Below, piece by piece: positions 57,901 to 64,000 of a stretch of 64,000 nt of DNA. The stretch covers positions 1,364,001-1,428,000 of the forward strand of contig JBLDXI010000017.1 in NCBI GenBank assembly GCA_047495785.1. Direction: 5' to 3'. The translations under genes were made by a program, and so were the position numbers. This DNA comes from Lepidodermella squamata. Taxonomy: Eukaryota > Animalia > Gastrotricha. Position 1 is the stretch's first letter. The number at the start of each line of letters is the position of its first letter. The notes under the pieces were generated by a model, which did no database searches, was not told the origin of the DNA, and saw nothing but the letters and a program-made list of their open reading frames with translations.

Positions 57901-58193
57901 TGATCGTAATCAGCTCCGCATTGAAGAATTAAAAATTCGACGATATCAAGATATCCCTTATCACAGGCAGTTAAAAGCAGCGTTGTTTTAACGCCTAGAA
58001 AAATGCGAAAAATCAGCACATTTTTCGGAAAATTTTCGAAATTTTTACCATCCGCATTAACTCTTGTCGTGTTGACAAGGAGGCTTCGTTTGAGAAGTTC
58101 GCGTAACGAGCTGGTATTTTCGAAGAGATCTCGGACCTGCGTGAGTTGGTTGTTGCCAACCCATTCGAATAGTATTTCCAGGAAGGTTGACAT
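54914..58193 (-). CDS. Fem-1-like ankyrin/TPR protein fused to a NEK-like pseudokinase (854 aa); exons 58193-58049, 57994-57890, 57838-57512, 57457-56964, 56816-56654, 56601-56339, 56285-56136, 56085-55961, 55909-55692, 55638-55535, 55484-55191, 55141-55098, 55046-54914
   Basis: Fem-1 hallmarks IEGVPPLWLAC, NVNIRTKKTLSSPLRACC, KADALELLGA, ALLICERILGLEHP; kinase-fold motifs VVLKEV, EMEFCSGGDL, HRNIKAKN, APE, KADIWALG, PDERP. Thirteen exons total 2565 nt with no stop. Confidence 0.8.
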
Positions 58194-60026
58194 TAATTAG
58201 TAATTCAGCTTGTTTCTTCGCTGTGGGCAATCAATGCAATGATTTTTCGAAGCGTTGACTTTTTCCGTATTTTCATAAACCGTTTGCCGATAAATTTATC
58301 GAAATGCCGGTGTGAAGCCAGAATAGCAGGAGTTTCAGTTAATTTCTCCACGAGTGATTGTTAAACTCGAAAAAGTGATGCTAAAAAAAACAAAAGTTAT
58401 GTCCAAAATCAGCTAACATAGAAGTTGAACTTTGTATCATATAGTTGAGCGAGCCAAAAAGCTTAGAGAGAGAGGAATAGAGAGACCGAAGAGCACGTGC
58501 TTGTACAGCTGCGGATGAAAAGAGATCAAGTGGTGAAAAAAGCATCACGGCGGGCAGAGAAGAACGCTACGTGAGCTCATCTTGATGCACGAAATCTGTT
58601 GCCGGCCGCCCGCTCGAAGTAATAAAATTACAGTTATTTTTCTCGCCCCTTTTGAACATTGTTATTAACCAAGGCAACAATAATTATTTTAATGACCAGG
58701 TAGTTGAATGCTCTGTCTTGTATATAAATAAAAGGCTTTCCACTACCAGCTTTCAACTTGACCTAGTTCAAGTGGTAAAATTATTATACCATACTGTCGG
58801 CGAGACTAGCCGATTTTATTGCCATTGAACAACGCACTCGATGACCGACTGTCTGCTGTCGAAGAATAAGCCAAGTCTCGACGACTTGGTGGCGCCACTT
58901 TCGGGCCAGACTATAATGAGTGCATTTGTCGCGGTCATTCGAGTACTTCCATCTTTAGCATAAAAAATTAAACTAGCTGTACAAACATCTGAGACAAAGA
59001 AATGAATGAAATCGTCCAGGGTTCACGTGTTCCTGACTGATTTCAATGAATTAATGAAATAATAAAATAATAATAATTAATTAATTAAAAAATAAAAACG
59101 TCAAGTATATTTTCCATTTCAATCTGGACCGGAGCCAATTTCATGATAGCAGAATGCGCATGACAGCTGATGCGCTTTTCTTATATCGCATCGCGTTCGA
59201 ACGCGTCTAAAATTCAATAATTAAGAAATCATGAAAAAATGTATGAGATGAATGCAGGCTATGAATTTGAGGCTATAATAATATGGGATTACTCTAGGGC
59301 TAGCCGATCCCATTCCCACATGCGCACAATTAGTGGCCAATTTTTGGGGCGTTAAAGAGGCATAAAGCACAAAAAAATTAAATAAAAATTCCACCTTAAA
59401 AAATTGCACTCACAAATTCTGCTGTGCATGTGTGGGAATAAAAGTGCTTGGCGTCAGTGAAATAAAATAACAATATAAAGTATAAAGTAATAATAATAAG
59501 GAAAGGTGAAACAAAAGTACCATGAGATCTTAGATGAATTGTATCAAGGCGGATGCCTTCTTTTCTGATCGTAAATTGCTCTCTACACAGTCGGTGCACG
59601 TTAGCGAGAGCGCAACATTTCACGCCTTGATTTTTTCAGCGCGCGTGTATCGCGTGGAAAAAATAGCAGCTTCCTGTTTGTCTTCTCCTGGTTTTTTCCT
59701 AGTCAATAAAGAATCTACGACCTTTGCACACATGATTCATGACACGCACAAAAGTCGCAATTCTTTTCAGTTGATGAGCAGCACACGCCTCTAAATCTCG
59801 AATCGAGTTCACGGATATGTGTACGGTGTGCGGGTTACATTAAACCGAAAGAAACCTTAACTTTTGGCATGAACATGTCGAAGTTATTATTAGATTGTGG
59901 TGCCTGATTGTGGCATTTCTTGGACCAGTCTTGATATTATCAACTTTTATTTAAAAAAAATAGGGCGAAAATTGCGAAATTGAAGTAAATCAGCTCACCG
60001 CATGCCGAGATGAATCACCGATAATT

Positions 60027-61470
60027 CTATTTTATATTATTGAAATCACGTTCACAGGGTTTTCCGTTAACATAGACAGCAAGGACCTTGGTTTGGTCAT
60101 CAACAGCGATCAGGCTACCAGGATTAGTTGAGCTTTTAATGTCTATAATCGATAGAGAACCGGGTGAGATCAGCTTGCCGCAATTCAGTAAATGACCGGT
60201 TTCACTTGAGATGATGAAGTAGTTGCCGAATTTCGATACCATCATCAATTGATTTTCCTTGAAATTCACACTGTAAAAATGCTGGAAAAATGTTATCGGT
60301 AAATTTTGATTTGAACTTTGAGGAAGTATTTTACCGAAATAAAAATTGGAAAATCATACGCCTCCAGCTTAACATGAGTGACGTAGCTTTCTTGAAAACC
60401 TCCATCAGCCAGCTGCAACTTGCGTATCAATTCATTGGTAGCTATTGCCACTGAGTTCGGTGTTAAAAAGGTAACGGCATTACAATTCAAGTCGAAAACA
60501 TGCCGCCCATCAGCACTAAAAAATAGCGACAGCCCAACAGTTGGGTTAAACTTGTCAATTCCCTTCAACACGTGCCAACTGCATTTTTTCGCGATCAACG
60601 AATCGGAAAGATAATCTTTAGCCCGGAAATAAGAAGGCTCATCCTGAGTGCGAACCAAAATTTCACGCTTGCGAGCGATAATTGTGCCAAATTTGTATGT
60701 TAGGATCACGTGATATGCAGCACGGTGAGAGACAACGGCTATTTTTTTCGGTGAGAGCCATTTCAGCACAACTATTCTATCGGTGTTATTGAAAGAAATA
60801 CGATGAAATTGAGAATGCGTGTCAAGCGCCCACAATTGGATGACACAGGCCTCAAGATCGTCGTGTCTAACAAGTGCCAAAGTGTTTCCTAAATAAAATT
60901 AAGAATTTTTTTTTTGAATTTTCGAATTATTTAAAGGAAGGGGTACTATAATAAGACAGGATAAATAAGACCAGGACGAGTAATATAATTTTATAGCGGG
61001 ACAAATAAGACCAACCCCGACCCTAACCCTAACCATAATTCCAATAATATCCATTATTTTAAAGTTACCCCTTCAAAAATCATTCGGAATTGGCTCAAAT
61101 CGCTCACCGTCTGGACTGACCGCTGCCCTGTCAGCGCAAAAAACTGGGTGCCGTCGGATGCGTTTGAAACAGTGGCTGAAATCGCATAGCGCAACATCAC
61201 TGATTGCAACATGGCTATGCTGCTTGTGACAATTTTCATCCAATTCATTATGCTCCAAATCATCGGCGGAGGCTATCGTTTGGCAAAATAACCGAACGTC
61301 CTTTCGGCAAAGGTGACCCGCATTCGCGATCGAAACCGCTCGAATTTCATTGCTCTCAAGTCCAAGATTCGACAACTGAAAAAAACGCATCGTCGATAAA
61401 TAAATGATTAAGGTGGAGTAACTTTTACCGCGCACAATTCCTCCACTTCAACACAATCAATAGCTGTCAT
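60027..61470 (-). CDS. Stand-alone clathrin heavy-chain N-terminal propeller-like protein A; exons 61470-61429, 61375-61108, 60888-60335, 60281-60027
   Basis: Collinear with the clathrin terminal domain: LSNLGL, CADRAAVSPDGNTLAL, VLKWLSPKKIAVVSHRAAYH, DFPIFI, VSKFGNYF; stop at the end of the propeller. Confidence 0.7.
60939..61045. repeat. Intronic repeat with telomere-like CCCTAA units
   Basis: Three AATAAGAC direct repeats followed by CCCTAACCCTAACCATAA (61021-61038). Confidence 0.5.
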
Positions 61471-61738
61471 AGGATGATTGAAAATGAATTTTTCAAGTTT
61501 AAACAGCTTTTTATTCTGCGTGTGTCGTATCACTGATCACTGGATGGGTTTTTTTCGCAATATTTTCTTTATTATGTAAGTACCCATATTATTTTAAGGG
61601 TGCTAAATTATTGTAAATAAAGAATTTTTATTTTCTATTGGGTACCTATATATCGATTCAAATAGTGGAATAACGGATGTACATGTCCGTCAGATATCAA
61701 AATATAATGCAATTTTTATGATGAAACCGGTTTATTTT

Positions 61739-63125
61739 TCAACCGAATCGTACATGAGGCACGTTTTTCCGTTCGAGCCATTTGAATTTGGTCGCATCGT
61801 TCGCCCCTAAGCTGCCATTGCGAGGCCGCATACTATTGTTGGGGTTGTGAGTGATGACCTTGCCACTGGAAATCACCTTAATTCTACCAGCCATTTGATG
61901 GCTATTAGGCGCCGCACTTTTAGTTCGTTCCGATGTGTTTTCAACGCCAAGTGAAAATATTCTCCCATCGGAGTCGATGCAGAGAAGGTGGCTGTTTACA
62001 AAGTTGTTGTGAACCCCCAGCAAAGGTCCTTTAAGATCAATCCGGCCCTGTTGAACTAGGGTCACTGAATCTGTTGCGTATAGATAGAAATAGCCGAATT
62101 TTGTGAGAACGCAGAACCAAGACACCTCTTCGAAAAATTGATACTGTGTGCTGAACTAATTAGAAAAACATTTATTAGAAAAATGAAAAATAACAACGGA
62201 GCAATACCTGAATAGCGACCGGATAATCTTTCGCTTGAGAGATGCTATCAAACGCGATACGATTATGGGATGTCTCTTCAACCAGCATTCGAGGGCCTCC
62301 AAGACGGATCGTGCTTATTCGACCGAGACCAGAACGATTCCTAGCAGCAATCGCCAAGTATTTATCCAATTTCAGAGTGCTCGGCCGGAAAAAGGCAGCA
62401 ACTTGACCCTGCATGGTCACAACATGTTGGCTAAATTGGAACAATTGAATATGGCCTAGCTTATGGTGTCCGAAATTGTCAGGATTAGGTTCGATGCCAA
62501 TTAGAGCTCTCCATTGTCTTTTACTCGAATCAATCAAATAATCCACGATTTCAACATGATCGATATCGAAATTCGGATCATCAACCGGTCGCTGAAGTTC
62601 TTCCTTCTGAGAGCTGTAATATTTCGACTTCAACATATCAGGGTCTATCGAAATGTGGAAAACAGATCGTTTTGTGACTACTGCCAGAGTTTTCGGCAGC
62701 CATTTCACGAAAACAACGCTATCTCGCCCGAACTCAATGCTTCGAACTTTGCTATCCTCCATTTTTTCAGTCAGCCATACTTGGACATTGTTCGAATTGT
62801 TGCTTGTTTTCTCGATTAGGGCAATGTATTGACCATCTGGACTGACCGTGGCGAGGTCGGCGCAGATTGGCCCGCGGCGTTTCATCTGCTTGAAAGATCG
62901 ATCGATATCGTCGCATAGGGCCAAGTCGCCTAACAGAACTTGGGAACTTCCAACTAAGGTCTCAGAGGCTGCTTGAATGCAAAGATGGGTGTTTTCATAG
63001 CCACGATCGATGTCGGAAGGGACTGATAGCAAAGACGTAGCTCTGATATCTTTCACGTCGATGCCGTAGTCGGACAAAGAAGGCAGTTCGTAAGCTTCGA
63101 AAGGATTCGAAGAAAGAGAAAACAT
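61739..63125 (-). CDS. Stand-alone clathrin heavy-chain N-terminal propeller-like protein B; exons 63125-62208, 62155-61739 (start may lie further upstream)
   Basis: LSDYGID, RRGPICADLATVSPDGQYIAL, FVKWLPKTLAVVTKRSVFH, IVDY..QWRALIGI, GHIQLF, MQGQVAAF, DYPVAIQ, LTKFGYFYLY, GRIFSLGVE follow clathrin residues ~1-330; then a short polar tail and stop. Confidence 0.8.
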
Positions 63126-64000
63126 TTTCGAGTTCTGCTTCGCTGAATGATGTACAGCCCCTATAAATACTGCTCTCAAGTCCTGAAGGTTCAAAAATAT
63201 GTTTTGTGTTTACGAAGTTGCTTGAAATCACTAGGCTTTTTCGCAAACCGTGGTAAAAATCGATATTGTTTTATTCATCTGAGGGTGTAATTGACCACCT
63301 TTTCAATTCTTCATCAATTTTTCATGTAATAATGGTTGTTTTGTTGTTTTGAATGTTTCGGAACGCCTCTGAACTGAAAAGAGCCACACATGATGTGGAC
63401 AATTCTTGAAGGCTTGATTGCAGGATGCGAATATTTGCTGCTTTATGCATTCATCTCATTCTCCATTCATATGCATTTTTGTTCGCGTCTAGACGGAAAA
63501 TGTTGTGAACAAATGTTCGCAATGTCCAGAAAACAGGAAGGCATATTCTTCCACATCGCCATTCCATAAAAACTTCGCTGACGGTAGCTTGCTTGGGGTC
63601 TAAAAATTTGTGCCACTATAAAACTGAAGTTTCAGCCATAGAGATCAGATTAACGTGATTTTTAACATCTTGATGGAATTCAGCTTAAGCTGGCCTCATC
63701 GTTTTTCCAAGAAAAACAGCGGAAATTCTTCTGAGTGGGGCAGTCAACCTTGATCAAACCTGGTTCCCAGGAGGATTCGTAACCGCGGATAAAAATTTAA
63801 ACGAAGACAAGGCTGACCTCGACATTTAAAAATATTAATTTTTTAAGTTCGATACCAATAGCTTAATATCATTTCCTTCCCTAATCCTAAGTCCTAAGTC
63901 TCAAGTCCTACTAGTCGTAGCAGGGGATAAAAAATTAAAACTAGGTCAAGGTCGACCTGGACATTTTTTAAGGCGGATACCACTGGGGTCTTTTCTAACA

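Noticed and set aside
60027-63194. Full-length clathrin heavy chain gene
   Set aside because: Both copies stop after the propeller and no leg-repeat exons are visible before the Fem-1 gene.
63300-64000. Further gene or transposase at the right edge
   Set aside because: The frames examined are interrupted and show no recognisable motif; only a short imperfect direct repeat (~63788 and ~63927).
1-64000. tRNA, rRNA or SL RNA genes and non-canonical splicing or genetic code
   Set aside because: No cloverleaf or Sm-site-plus-donor structure was recognised by eye; all modelled introns are GT-AG and conserved proteins translate with the standard code.

Overview
Eukaryotic window from a compact-genome invertebrate animal. 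It has mostly ~50-60 nt GT-AG introns, CpG-rich non-coding DNA and an axonemal dynein light chain gene, implying motile cilia or flagella; the species cannot be determined. Hand-spliced gene models, in order: a formin (FMN/Cappuccino)-like gene running off the left edge, a small membrane protein, a mucin-like single-pass protein, Claspin, PHF10, DNAL1, Evx, two adjacent secreted low-complexity proteins (one built from symmetric phase-1 microexons), Vti1, an apparently intact two-ORF LINE, a mini-bZIP gene with a decayed tandem copy, SMC4, a 13-exon Fem-1::NEK-like pseudokinase fusion, and two tandem stand-alone clathrin terminal-domain propeller genes. Most notable: the Fem-1/pseudokinase chimera, the microexon secreted-peptide locus, the clathrin-propeller-only genes, a LINE whose ORF1 and ORF2 are in frame and separated by one TAG with no usable ORF2 AUG, and a probable PHF10-Claspin operon resolved by trans-splicing. 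All family assignments rest on recalled motifs; no database search was run.
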